Assembly: GCA_049325335.1 (NCBI GenBank)
Contig: JBMOMC010000043.1
Location: 245,852-309,851, forward strand
Source: Nitrospirota bacterium
Lineage (GTDB): Bacteria; Nitrospirota; Nitrospiria; 2-01-FULL-66-17
DNA length: 64,000 nt
Direction: 5' to 3'
Position numbers and translations under genes: made by a program. Below the pieces are notes generated by a model, which worked only from the letters and a program-made list of their open reading frames with translations, did not search any database and was not told the origin of the DNA. How positions within the stretch are numbered: the first letter of the stretch is position 1; each line of letters begins with the position of its first letter. Shown in pieces: positions 32,161 through 40,574 of the stretch.

Positions 32161-32979
32161 TCACGACGAAAGCAGTCGACGGATCGCGGCGATGTTCGCT
32201 TGCGTTTCCGTGGCGCCGATCTGCACGCACTCCATGGCGCGCGAGGCGTCGTGCAGCGCGACGTGGCCCGTGGGGGGGATCAGCAGCAGGTCGGCGCGGC
32301 GCGCGGCGAGGCGGGCGAGGTGGTTGCGCGTGATTTCGGCGGCGCGCAGCGCGATTTGCAGGCCGGTCTTGGGTTGGCTGGGCAGAAACGGGTTGTCGGC
32401 GTTGTCCGAGACTTCGACGCCCACCACCCGATCTGCGCCGATTTGGCGGGCCGCGTCGACCGGAATGCGGCTGGTCCAGCCGCCGTCCACGAGTAGCCGT
32501 CCGTCGTGCGGCACCGGCGGGAACACGCCCGGCAGCGCCACGCTGCCCAACACCGCGGGACGCACCGGCCCGGACGTGTACACGACTTCTTCCCCGGACA
32601 CCAGATCCACCGCCACCACTGCCAGCGGGACGCGGGCCTGTTCGAACCCCACGTCCGGGATGAGGTCGTCGAAGTGCTGGTGGAACACCCCGGCTTCCAG
32701 CAGCGAGGGTTCGTCCAGCGCGATGCCGCCGCGGCTTTCAGCGACCCGCGCGGTCAGGCGGCTCAACGCCGGGGCAAAGCGGGTAAAAAAATCCGCCATG
32801 CGTTGTTCCACGGCGGACAGCGAGGGCGATAACGCGTACAACGCGGCGATCATCGCCCCCATGCTGGTCCCGGCGATGGCGCGGGGGGCGAGCCCCTCGC
32901 GCTCCAACACGCGCAACACGCCGAGGTGCGCGAACCCGCGGACGCCTCCTCCGCCCAGGGCCAGTCCGAGCAACGCCAT
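32161..32979 (-). CDS. Patatin-like phospholipase
   Basis: GGGG.RG.AH.G, GTSMG, DGG. Confidence 0.93.
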   Translation of the reverse strand: MALLGLALGGGGVRGFAHLGVLRVLEREGLAPRAIAGTSMGAMIAALYALSPSLSAVEQRMADFFTRFAPALSRLTARVAESRGGIALDEPSLLEAGVFHQHFDDLIPDVGFEQARVPLAVVAVDLVSGEEVVYTSGPVRPAVLGSVALPGVFPPVPHDGRLLVDGGWTSRIPVDAARQIGADRVVGVEVSDNADNPFLPSQPKTGLQIALRAAEITRNHLARLAARRADLLLIPPTGHVALHDASRAMECVQIGATETQANIAAIRRLLSS

Positions 32980-32985
32980 CGGCGG

Positions 32986-33207
32986 TTACTCGGCTTTCGC
33001 AGCCTCCCCGCCGGTTTTGGCCGACTTGGCGTTCAGGCGCGCGTGTTGCGCCGCGGCGGCGCGACGACGGCGCTGAAGCCGTTTCAGCGTTTTGCGAAGG
33101 CCTCGCAACGCGGCGTCCTGCCGCACGGACTCGGACGCGGCGCGGCGCGCCGTCACGTCTTTTTTGGCTTGAGCGATTGCTTTGGATAACTCGTCTGATT
33201 GCGCCAT
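32986..33207 (-). CDS. Small basic hypothetical protein
   Basis: SD AAAGGAG; K/R-rich helix. Confidence 0.6.
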   Translation of the reverse strand: MAQSDELSKAIAQAKKDVTARRAASESVRQDAALRGLRKTLKRLQRRRRAAAAQHARLNAKSAKTGGEAAKAE

Positions 33208-33298
33208 CACGTCTCCTTTTCAATGCGGGTCAATGCGGGCGCGAGCCTACCATACTCACTCCCGCGAGGCAACGCCGTCCCGCGGCCGTGTGTTCGCG

Positions 33299-33327
33299 TT
33301 GCGCGGCCATCCCCATGTCGATATAAT
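33299..33327 (+). promoter_or_regulatory. Sigma70-type promoter
   Basis: TTGCGC-N17-TATAAT. Confidence 0.6.
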
Positions 33328-33340
33328 CGAATCACGCGCG

Positions 33341-33517
33341 ATGATGCCGGACGAGCTCACCCAGTTGCAAGGCCGGGAGGTCGAGGTCACCTACGAGGGC
33401 ATCGTGTACCGGGGCCGTCTCGTGGGCGCCGATGAATCGGAGTTGTATCTCATGACTGCCGGCGGAGCATTCAACTTTCCCTTGACGAGCATTACGTCGG
33501 TGCGACCGGCCGCGTAA
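33341..33517 (+). CDS. Small protein with possible Sm/LSm-like fold
   Basis: 58 aa; G.EVEV.Y.G..YRG.L.G.D...L.L pattern. Confidence 0.6.
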   Translation: MMPDELTQLQGREVEVTYEGIVYRGRLVGADESELYLMTAGGAFNFPLTSITSVRPAA

Positions 33518-33540
33518 CCTCCATCATCGACCCCCGATTC

Positions 33541-34482
33541 ATGGCCGACCAATCGGATTCCGCCTCTTGGGCCCCATCGCTCCCCGCCGAACCCGCGGCG
33601 CGCGAGATCTTCGTCGAGGAGCCGCCGCCTCGTCCCGCGTATGGGCTGGCGCTCACATTGTTCATGGCCACCCTGGGGACGACGGTCGCGGCGGGCGCGC
33701 TGATGGACGGAGCGGACATCTTTGCCCGGCCCGCGGAGTTGGTGCGGGGCATCCCGTTTTCGCTCACGTTGATGGCGATCCTGCTCACGCACGAGATGGG
33801 GCACTACATTACGTCGCGCCACTACGGCGTCACCGCCAGTCTGCCGTATTTCATCCCCGCCCCGCCGATTTTTTTCATGATCGGCACGTTCGGGGCGTTT
33901 ATCAATATGCGCTCGCCGATCATGCGCCGCGGCCCCTTGTTGGAGATCGGCGCGATGGGGCCGATTGCGGGGTTCGTGGTGGCGGTGGTGGCGGTGATCG
34001 CGGGGTTAGTGCAGTCATCGGTCCAACCCGCGAACTCGCTCGAGGGCATGAAGCTGGGATCGCCGTTGCTCCTGCACGGTCTCGGCGCGTTACTGATCGA
34101 CGCACCGGGTGAAGGGTATGATCTCGTCCTGCACCCGGTGGCGTTCGCGGGATGGATCGGTCTCTTCGTCACCGCGTTGAATCTCCTCCCCATCGGGCAA
34201 CTCGATGGCGGTCACATCACCTACGCGTTGTTCGGACGACGGCACAAAATGATTTCCATCGTGACGGTCTTGGTGCTCGGGCTGATCGGCTCGCTCGGGA
34301 TTTTCGGGGTGGAGGCATGGCCGGGGTGGCTCGTGTGGGGTATCCTGGGGGCGATGCTCGGCTTGCGTCATCCGCCGGTCATGGATCAAGACGTCCCGCT
34401 GACGCGCCGCCAACGCGTCATTGCGTGGGCGAGTGTCGTTATTTTCGTCCTGACGTTTACGCCCGTGCCGTTTTCGATGTAG
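33541..34482 (+). CDS. Site-2 protease (M50) family
   Basis: HEMGH, NLLPIGQLDGGH. Confidence 0.93.
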   Translation: MADQSDSASWAPSLPAEPAAREIFVEEPPPRPAYGLALTLFMATLGTTVAAGALMDGADIFARPAELVRGIPFSLTLMAILLTHEMGHYITSRHYGVTASLPYFIPAPPIFFMIGTFGAFINMRSPIMRRGPLLEIGAMGPIAGFVVAVVAVIAGLVQSSVQPANSLEGMKLGSPLLLHGLGALLIDAPGEGYDLVLHPVAFAGWIGLFVTALNLLPIGQLDGGHITYALFGRRHKMISIVTVLVLGLIGSLGIFGVEAWPGWLVWGILGAMLGLRHPPVMDQDVPLTRRQRVIAWASVVIFVLTFTPVPFSM

Positions 34483-34506
34483 GGGGTCGAGATGTCGAAC
34501 CCGTAG
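34479..34506. repeat. Degenerate GTAG-type REP supplying the M50 stop codon
   Basis: GTAGGGGGTCGAGATGTCGAACCCGTAG. Confidence 0.5.
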
Positions 34507-34509
34507 GGG

Positions 34510-35769
34510 CTACGGGTGATCGACGGCCTCTCCCCGTCCGCGCGCCTCGTTGACCCGCTGCAGCAGGATCAATCCGATCAGGAACAAGGCGCCGATGGAC
34601 AACACCGCGGTGCGATGACTCCCGCTCACGCGGGCGATCTCGCCGTAGAGCAATGGACCGATCGTGGCCGCGAACTTGCTCGTCAGGGAAAACAACCCGA
34701 AGAACTCCGCGCCGCGGCCGGGCGGCGCAAAGTGCGCCAGCAGGGTCCGGCTGGCCGCCTGGTTCGCGCCCAATAACGCACCGGTGAACAGGCCGATCGC
34801 GTAGAACTCCTCGGTCGACTGGACGCGCGCGGCCCAGAGGGTCACGCCGATCAACGCCACGAGCGTGATGGAAATGGCGCGCACGGATCCTAACCGGTCC
34901 GTGACCCAGCCGAATCCGCCGGCGCCGGCGGCGGACGAGAGTTGCATGATCAGGAAGAAAATCACCAGATCCTGCGCGGTGAACGCGAGCACTTGGGTGG
35001 CGAAGATGGCGGCAAAGACGAACACCGTATTCACCGCGTCGTTGAACATGAAGTACGCAAAGAAATAGCGGATCAGATTCGGATACCGCCGAAGACCGCG
35101 CAGGGTCGCGCCCACGCGTCGGAGCCCCGCGGTCCAGCGCGAGCCCACGATCGGAACGGGCACAGCGCGTTCCTTGAGCCAGATGAACGTGGGGATGGCG
35201 GCGATGGCAAAGAACGCGGCGGTCAGCGGGAACGCCAGCCGGTACCGCGCGGCGGCCTCGCCGTCCATTCCGCCCGCAAGGAACGGGTACACCAGGGCGA
35301 GCGACGCGAGCCCGCCGATGTACCCCAGCCCCCATCCCCACCCCGACAGGCGGCCGACCGCGTCCGCGGGGGTGAGTTCCTTGAGAAACGCGTCATAAAG
35401 ATGCAGCGCCGCGTTGTACCCCACGTTGGCGACGATGAACAGTCCCAACCCCCACGCCAGATCGCGTGGGCCCACCCACCCCAGGAGGGCGGTCGGGACC
35501 ACGCAGACGGTGGTCATGACAATGAGGTAACGACGTTTGGACGCGGTGGCATCGGCGACCGCGCCGAGGATCGGCGACAATAGGCCGGCGAGCAGCATGG
35601 ACGCGGCGTACCCGCGGCCCCACCACGCCTCGCCGGCCTCCGGCGCGACCACGCGCGTAAAATACACGCTGTACGCGACCGTGACGATGATGGTGGTGAA
35701 GGCCGAATTGGCGAAGTCGTAGCCGGCCCAGGCCCAGCGTTCCCTGATCGGCGCCGACCCGTCAGTCAC
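34510..35769 (-). CDS. MFS transporter (UMF1/Atg22-like)
   Basis: WA.YDFANS.F, G..SG.GWGLGYIGG, EFFGLF. Confidence 0.9.
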   Translation of the reverse strand: MTDGSAPIRERWAWAGYDFANSAFTTIIVTVAYSVYFTRVVAPEAGEAWWGRGYAASMLLAGLLSPILGAVADATASKRRYLIVMTTVCVVPTALLGWVGPRDLAWGLGLFIVANVGYNAALHLYDAFLKELTPADAVGRLSGWGWGLGYIGGLASLALVYPFLAGGMDGEAAARYRLAFPLTAAFFAIAAIPTFIWLKERAVPVPIVGSRWTAGLRRVGATLRGLRRYPNLIRYFFAYFMFNDAVNTVFVFAAIFATQVLAFTAQDLVIFFLIMQLSSAAGAGGFGWVTDRLGSVRAISITLVALIGVTLWAARVQSTEEFYAIGLFTGALLGANQAASRTLLAHFAPPGRGAEFFGLFSLTSKFAATIGPLLYGEIARVSGSHRTAVLSIGALFLIGLILLQRVNEARGRGEAVDHP

Positions 35770-36574
35770 GCGAGGACGCGGACGATTGGTTCAGCACGGC
35801 CAACATGGCGTCGTGGATCTTGCCGTTGGTCGCGAGCACTTCGGGAATGTCGGGGGAGAAGGGGCGGCCGGAAAAGTCGGTCACGCGTCCGCCCGCTTCT
35901 TCCACGATGATCTGTCCCGCTGCGGTATCCCAGGGTGAGAGCGAGAGTTCCCAAAACCCGTCGGAGCGGCCCGCCGCCACGTAACACAGGTCCAGCGCCG
36001 CGGACCCCGTGCGTCGCACCCCGCGCACCACGCGGCTCACGGCTTCAAAGTGCGTGAAGTTCGCATTGGTGTCGTGTTTGGGGTCGTACGCGAATCCGGT
36101 GACCACCAAGCTGTGGCCGAGTTTCTTGGTCGCCGAAACCGAGAGGGCAGTCCCGTTGAGCGAGGCGCCGTGGCCGCGGACCGCGGTGAACAGCTCATCG
36201 CGCACGGGATCGAACACCACGCCCAGGATCGCATGGTCGTCCTGCCGCAGCCCGATGGAGACGCAGAAAAACGGGAAACGATGGGCGTAATTGGTGGTGC
36301 CGTCGAGTGGGTCGATCAGCCAGCGGTACTGGGCGCCGGTGGCGCGGTTGGACCCTTCCTCCGCTAAGATGTCGTGGTCGGGCGTGTGGGCTCGCAGTCG
36401 TTCCACCACGGCCCGTTCCGCGGCCACGTCGATCTGGGTCACCAGGTTGATGGCGCCCTTGTACCGAATGTCGAGCGCGTCGGACATTCCGCGTCGGATA
36501 ATGTCCCCCGCGGCGCGCGCCGCGTCCACGGCCAGGCGAAGCCATGCCGCGTAGTCCGTTTCGGTGCGAGGCAT
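35762..36574 (-). CDS. suhB: Inositol monophosphatase SuhB
   Basis: WLIDPLDGTTNYAH, GSAALDLCYVA.GR, WD.AAG. Confidence 0.94.
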   Translation of the reverse strand: MPRTETDYAAWLRLAVDAARAAGDIIRRGMSDALDIRYKGAINLVTQIDVAAERAVVERLRAHTPDHDILAEEGSNRATGAQYRWLIDPLDGTTNYAHRFPFFCVSIGLRQDDHAILGVVFDPVRDELFTAVRGHGASLNGTALSVSATKKLGHSLVVTGFAYDPKHDTNANFTHFEAVSRVVRGVRRTGSAALDLCYVAAGRSDGFWELSLSPWDTAAGQIIVEEAGGRVTDFSGRPFSPDIPEVLATNGKIHDAMLAVLNQSSASSRD

Positions 36575-36599
36575 GGGGGGCATCATACCACGCGCCGCA

Positions 36600-36629
36600 T
36601 TGACACGTTCTTGGACGCGGCGCTACGAT
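36600..36629 (+). promoter_or_regulatory. Sigma70-type promoter
   Basis: TTGACA-N18-TACGAT; SD AGGAGG downstream. Confidence 0.55.
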
Positions 36630-36662
36630 CGCCGGGGACCAACCGTAACCAGGAGGTGGGTG

Positions 36663-36959
36663 ATGCGAATGGTGACGACGATACTGACGGTCGGCGCGGC
36701 GGTCGCGTTGACGCTCGCTCAGCCGGAGGGTGCGCTGGCGTGTAAGGCCGCGGGTACGTTTACGCACGTGGGCGTGGTGACGGCGGTGGATCCGACCGCG
36801 CTGACCGTGACGATCAACGACGCGGAAACCGGCCATCCGATGACGTTTTCCGCCACCGCCGAGCAGCTCAAGACCGTGAAGACCGGCGACGAGGTGGTCA
36901 TCGGATTTTTGGAAGAACAAGGCGGGAAAATGACCGCGGTGAAGATTCGTACGACGTAA
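36663..36959 (+). CDS. Small exported protein, possible OB-fold
   Basis: Signal peptide; G.V.AVD....TVTI...GDEV.I beta pattern. Confidence 0.7.
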   Translation: MRMVTTILTVGAAVALTLAQPEGALACKAAGTFTHVGVVTAVDPTALTVTINDAETGHPMTFSATAEQLKTVKTGDEVVIGFLEEQGGKMTAVKIRTT

Positions 36960-36985
36960 CCGCGTCCCGGTCGGGACTACCCGGA

Positions 36986-37990
36986 CTACGGCGCGGGGAC
37001 GAAGGGAAGCGATACCACGGTCGCGAGGATTCGCGGCTCCGCGCCGAGCGCGACCGTGGTTCCCGGGGCTTCGAGCGAGCGGTGCACGTAGCCCAGCGCA
37101 ATGACGCGGCCGAGCGCGGGCGAGACGATGGATGACGTGACGTAACCGATGTCCTTGGCGTCGTCGGCGGCGACGATCCGCGTTCCCGCGGGCAGCGGGC
37201 GATCCGTGTCGGGATGGAGGCCCACGAGCAGGCGATTGACGTGCCCGTAGGTTTTGATGCGGGCGATGGTTTCCTGTCCCATGTAGCACCCCTTGGTGTA
37301 GCTGACGGCCCGATCCTCGATCCGGGCCTCGGGCGGGAAGTTCTCCTCGCTCATGTCGAGGCCGAACCGAGGAACGCCGCTTTCGATGCGGACGATCTCC
37401 AAGGCGGAGGGATCCGCGGCGCTCGCGCCGGCCGCATGCAGCGCGTCGCGGATGGCCGCGGTTGCTTCGGTCGGCGCGAGAATTTTGTATCCCGGCGTTC
37501 CCGGATACCCGGCTTCCGCGACGATGACGCGGTGGTGGTTCCACTCCATGTCGCATACGGCCAAGGTGCCGGGCGGGAATGAACGTGTGGGCAAGGCGGC
37601 CGCCAGCACCTTCGCCGCTGAGGGACCGAACAGACCCAGCAGGCCGTGCGACGCGGCGAGGTTCGACACCACAGCGTCGGTGCCGATGGTGTACCGGGAC
37701 AGGAGCGCGGGCAGCTTGTCCGCCACCTCGGGTTCAGCGTCCACCCACCACCAATCTGATAAGGCATACACGGTGAGATCGGCTTGCATCTTGCCTTTGC
37801 CGGTGAGCACGGCCGCGTACAGACCCTGCCCGGGATGCAACGCGCTGACATCGTTGGTGAGGATGCCCTGCAAAAATTTGGCGCGCGCCGCGCCCGTCAC
37901 GCGGAGCCGCGGACGCGGCGTACAATCCAGCAGCCCGGCGCCGGCGCGCAACACGCGATAGTCGTGATCGATCCCTTGGGTGGTCGCCAT
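36986..37990 (-). CDS. ygfZ: Folate-binding YgfZ/GcvT-family protein
   Basis: FLQG.LTNDV, KGCY.GQE signature. Confidence 0.9.
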   Translation of the reverse strand: MATTQGIDHDYRVLRAGAGLLDCTPRPRLRVTGAARAKFLQGILTNDVSALHPGQGLYAAVLTGKGKMQADLTVYALSDWWWVDAEPEVADKLPALLSRYTIGTDAVVSNLAASHGLLGLFGPSAAKVLAAALPTRSFPPGTLAVCDMEWNHHRVIVAEAGYPGTPGYKILAPTEATAAIRDALHAAGASAADPSALEIVRIESGVPRFGLDMSEENFPPEARIEDRAVSYTKGCYMGQETIARIKTYGHVNRLLVGLHPDTDRPLPAGTRIVAADDAKDIGYVTSSIVSPALGRVIALGYVHRSLEAPGTTVALGAEPRILATVVSLPFVPAP

Positions 37991-38070
37991 ACACGGGCCT
38001 CGGTGGTGGTTCGGCATCTTACCACAGGCGTTTGGAGCCCAACAATGAACCGGGTTTTGGGCGCTTTTCG

Positions 38071-38099
38071 TTGACAACGTCGTGACGTTGGAGGATAAT
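38071..38099 (+). promoter_or_regulatory. Promoter with palindromic spacer
   Basis: TTGACA-N17-GATAAT; CAACGTC-GT-GACGTTG at 38075-38090. Confidence 0.55.
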
Positions 38100-38127
38100 G
38101 CGGACCGTTTAGCTACGGAGGGGATAC

Positions 38128-38571
38128 ATGTCGGGTCGGAGTATGGTGGTTGCTGGTGCGGCGGCGTTGATGGTGATGGCGGCCGGGACGGGGTGCTACG
38201 GCAAGAAGGAGGCGCCCAAGCCCGCGACCATCTCGGGAACCGTGACGGTGGCTCCTGAGCTGGCCAAAGACCTGACGCCGGAGCACATTTTATTTATCGT
38301 GGTTCGCCCGGCCGACGCGCCGCCGTTCGGTCCGCCGGTCGCCGCGCATAAGATGACGAACTTGACGTTTCCGGTTCAGTTCACGGTGTCGCAGAAAGAC
38401 GTGTTTTTCGAGGGCGTGACGCTCGAAGGCAAGGTGAACGTCTACGCGAAGCTGGACAAGGATGGGAATGCGGGGCCTCCGGAGCCCGGAGATCTTGAAG
38501 GAGAATTCAAGGGCAATCCGATTATGGTCGGAGCCACCGGCGTTGACATCGTCGTCGATAAGATCCACTGA
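38128..38571 (+). CDS. Lipoprotein with CcmH/CycH C-terminal Ig-like domain
   Basis: Lipobox GTGC; ISGTV.V...LFI..R...PP.AA...FP..F...A..DKDG.A...PGDLEG. Confidence 0.75.
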   Translation: MSGRSMVVAGAAALMVMAAGTGCYGKKEAPKPATISGTVTVAPELAKDLTPEHILFIVVRPADAPPFGPPVAAHKMTNLTFPVQFTVSQKDVFFEGVTLEGKVNVYAKLDKDGNAGPPEPGDLEGEFKGNPIMVGATGVDIVVDKIH

Positions 38572-38620
38572 TTCCCCACCCCCTCAGAAGCCGCCGTCTC
38601 CGGCCGCCGGCCCTCCCGCA

Positions 38621-38716
38621 GTGTCCTGCGAACTCTGCGGCGCTCCCATGCTGGACATCCATTGTAAACTCGTGTGTCGCCGCTGCGGGTACATGCGCGA
38701 CTGTTCGGACCCGTGA
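38621..38716 (+). CDS. Zinc-finger microprotein (start uncertain)
   Basis: CELCGAPMLDIHCKLVCRRCGYMRDCSDP. Confidence 0.6.
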   Translation: MSCELCGAPMLDIHCKLVCRRCGYMRDCSDP

Positions 38717-38871
38717 TTAGGCGGCCGCTTCCCAAGATAGTCCTTTACAGCGGAGTGACCTCCGGTTACCTTGTACCGCGCCAGGGCGGGCGCGTAGGCC
38801 TCTCCACCGCCAAGCGGGCCCTCAACGATGCGGGTCCGGCATTACACACCTTCAGGGAAGGAGGAACCAGA

Positions 38872-40251
38872 ATGAAACGACATCTGGTGTTCGGAACGGT
38901 CCTTGCGGCCTTGGTCGGCGTGTCAACGCCGTCATGGGCGCTGGATGTCAAATGGGGCGGGGATTACCGATTGCGGGGGTTCTACAACAACAACCTGACG
39001 GATCAGGAGTATGGTCGTGATACTGAGAACGACAGCGCGGCGTACTACTCGTCGCGGTTCTTACTCACGACGGCGTTTACCGAGGAGAACGTCAGCGGGG
39101 TCACGACGTTGATCATTGGCCAGACGGGCGGAAACGGGAATCGGCTGTTGGGTGGCGGCATCGATGCAGGTGATCCTTCCGGTGTGTACGGTCCGGAGGC
39201 CGGTAGTACCGTTGGTTTTTTGGAAGCGTACATCAAGGCTGATTTTGGTGGGTGGGGATTTGCGGGCGGCCGCAAGGTCTATAAGCTCGGGCACGGCATT
39301 GTGTTGGATGACGCGGTTGATGGTCTGTGGTTCGATGCCAGGCTTGGAGAGACGGATGTCACGTTCGGGGCCTTGAAGCTGATCGAGCACACGAACGATC
39401 CTCTTATCGGAATCGGCAATACCACCACTGGCAGGGGAACCGGCGGCGACACGGATTTCTACGTGGTCAACGCGGCCTTCGGCAAAATGTTCGGCGGCAT
39501 GCACACGGACGTATTCCTCGGATACCTCAGTGATCGTGAGGCGGCTCTGTTCGGTGGCGGCGGGGTCGGTGCCAGTGGCGATGACGCGACCATGTGGGTG
39601 TTGGGTGCGATGGATGGCCGCGTGGTGGGCCCGGCTCACCTGCACGGAGAAATCGACTTCTTTCACGGGAAGGCTTCGGTTGGCGGCGTTGACGATGATC
39701 TCAAAGGTCTGAACCTGACCGTGGGCGCGAAGCTCGACGGGGCGGTGCCGCTTGGGGTCGACCTCATCTATACGAGCGGACAAGACGCTTCGTCCACGGA
39801 CGAAAGGAATGTCAACGGTTTAAACGGCAATTACCCGATCGGGATCATCATCACCAATACCGGCGCGCGTTCGCTGGATACCAAAGACGGGACGTGTTTG
39901 TCTCTCGGCGGTCCGTCAACGTCCCTCGGAGGGTCAAACGGGTGCATCGACGGGGCGGGCCTGACGGCGGTGAAGCTCTCAAGCGGGATGACGCATGGAC
40001 CCCACGTTATTGATGTTGCGCTCATCTGGGCCCGGTCAACCGAGGACCCGGATGGCAGTGGTGCTGGGAACCCCGCCGGGGAGGATATCGGGGTCGAACT
40101 TGATGCCACCCTTACCTGGGCGCTCACAAAGAAGCTGAGTTTGTTGGCGGGCCTGGGTTATTTGCGGGCGGGAGATTTCTTTGAGGACGGAACGAATGAC
40201 GATCCTGACGCAGCCACGGTCGGGGTGCTGCAAGTCAGCTACACGTTTTAG
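38872..40251 (+). CDS. Outer-membrane beta-barrel porin (alginate-export-like)
   Basis: SD AGGAGG, signal peptide, G.YRLRG, G.ELD, terminal SYTF. Confidence 0.8.
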   Translation: MKRHLVFGTVLAALVGVSTPSWALDVKWGGDYRLRGFYNNNLTDQEYGRDTENDSAAYYSSRFLLTTAFTEENVSGVTTLIIGQTGGNGNRLLGGGIDAGDPSGVYGPEAGSTVGFLEAYIKADFGGWGFAGGRKVYKLGHGIVLDDAVDGLWFDARLGETDVTFGALKLIEHTNDPLIGIGNTTTGRGTGGDTDFYVVNAAFGKMFGGMHTDVFLGYLSDREAALFGGGGVGASGDDATMWVLGAMDGRVVGPAHLHGEIDFFHGKASVGGVDDDLKGLNLTVGAKLDGAVPLGVDLIYTSGQDASSTDERNVNGLNGNYPIGIIITNTGARSLDTKDGTCLSLGGPSTSLGGSNGCIDGAGLTAVKLSSGMTHGPHVIDVALIWARSTEDPDGSGAGNPAGEDIGVELDATLTWALTKKLSLLAGLGYLRAGDFFEDGTNDDPDAATVGVLQVSYTF

Positions 40252-40273
40252 ATCTTACACACAGGGTTTCTCG

Positions 40274-40302
40274 CAGGGGGCCGGTCCATGACCGGCCTCC
40301 TG
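40274..40302. terminator. Stem-loop after the porin gene
   Basis: CAGGGGGCCGGTC-CAT-GACCGGCCTCCTG followed by TTATTT. Confidence 0.65.
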
Positions 40303-40337
40303 TTATTTGTGGGTCACGGCGACTTGCCACCAGCGGC

Positions 40338-40365
40338 TTGACAACTCCGCGCCTCCTGCTATCGT
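40338..40365 (+). promoter_or_regulatory. Promoter of the riboswitch leader
   Basis: TTGACA-N16-TATCGT with extended TGn. Confidence 0.6.
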
Positions 40366-40386
40366 CAACCACGTTGTTTGCGGGAT

Positions 40387-40485
40387 GGAGCCCGGAACAA
40401 AGGCAAACCAGTCGAAAGGCTGGGACGCAAAGCTTCAAGGCTTCGCTGTCGAATGGTCGACGGCATGCTAGTTGGGCCGCTCCGG
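40387..40485 (+). ncRNA. Cyclic di-GMP-I (GEMM) riboswitch aptamer
   Basis: GGCAAACCAGTC-GAAA-GGCTGGGACGCAAAGC core, second hairpin, P1 pairing GGAGC/GCTCC. Confidence 0.92.
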
Positions 40486-40523
40486 TCATACTCCGTCTCG
40501 TTACACGGAGGTTGATTTGTGCG

Positions 40524-40558
40524 GCCCAGTTCTGGAGGGAACTGGGCTTTTTCTTTTT
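40524..40558 (+). terminator. Riboswitch-controlled intrinsic terminator
   Basis: GCCCAGTTC-loop-GAACTGGGC followed by TTTTTCTTTTT, upstream of the SD and ATG. Confidence 0.88.
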
Positions 40559-40574
40559 GGGGAGGAGGAAGGTC

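Noticed and set aside
40387..40485. 3',3'-cGAMP (GEMM-Ib) specificity
   Set aside because: The discriminator position is G (GGCAAACC), as in c-di-GMP binders; not experimentally excluded
40338..40574. N-terminal extension of the 925-aa ORF
   Set aside because: It spans the promoter, riboswitch and terminator; SD and signal peptide indicate ATG 40575
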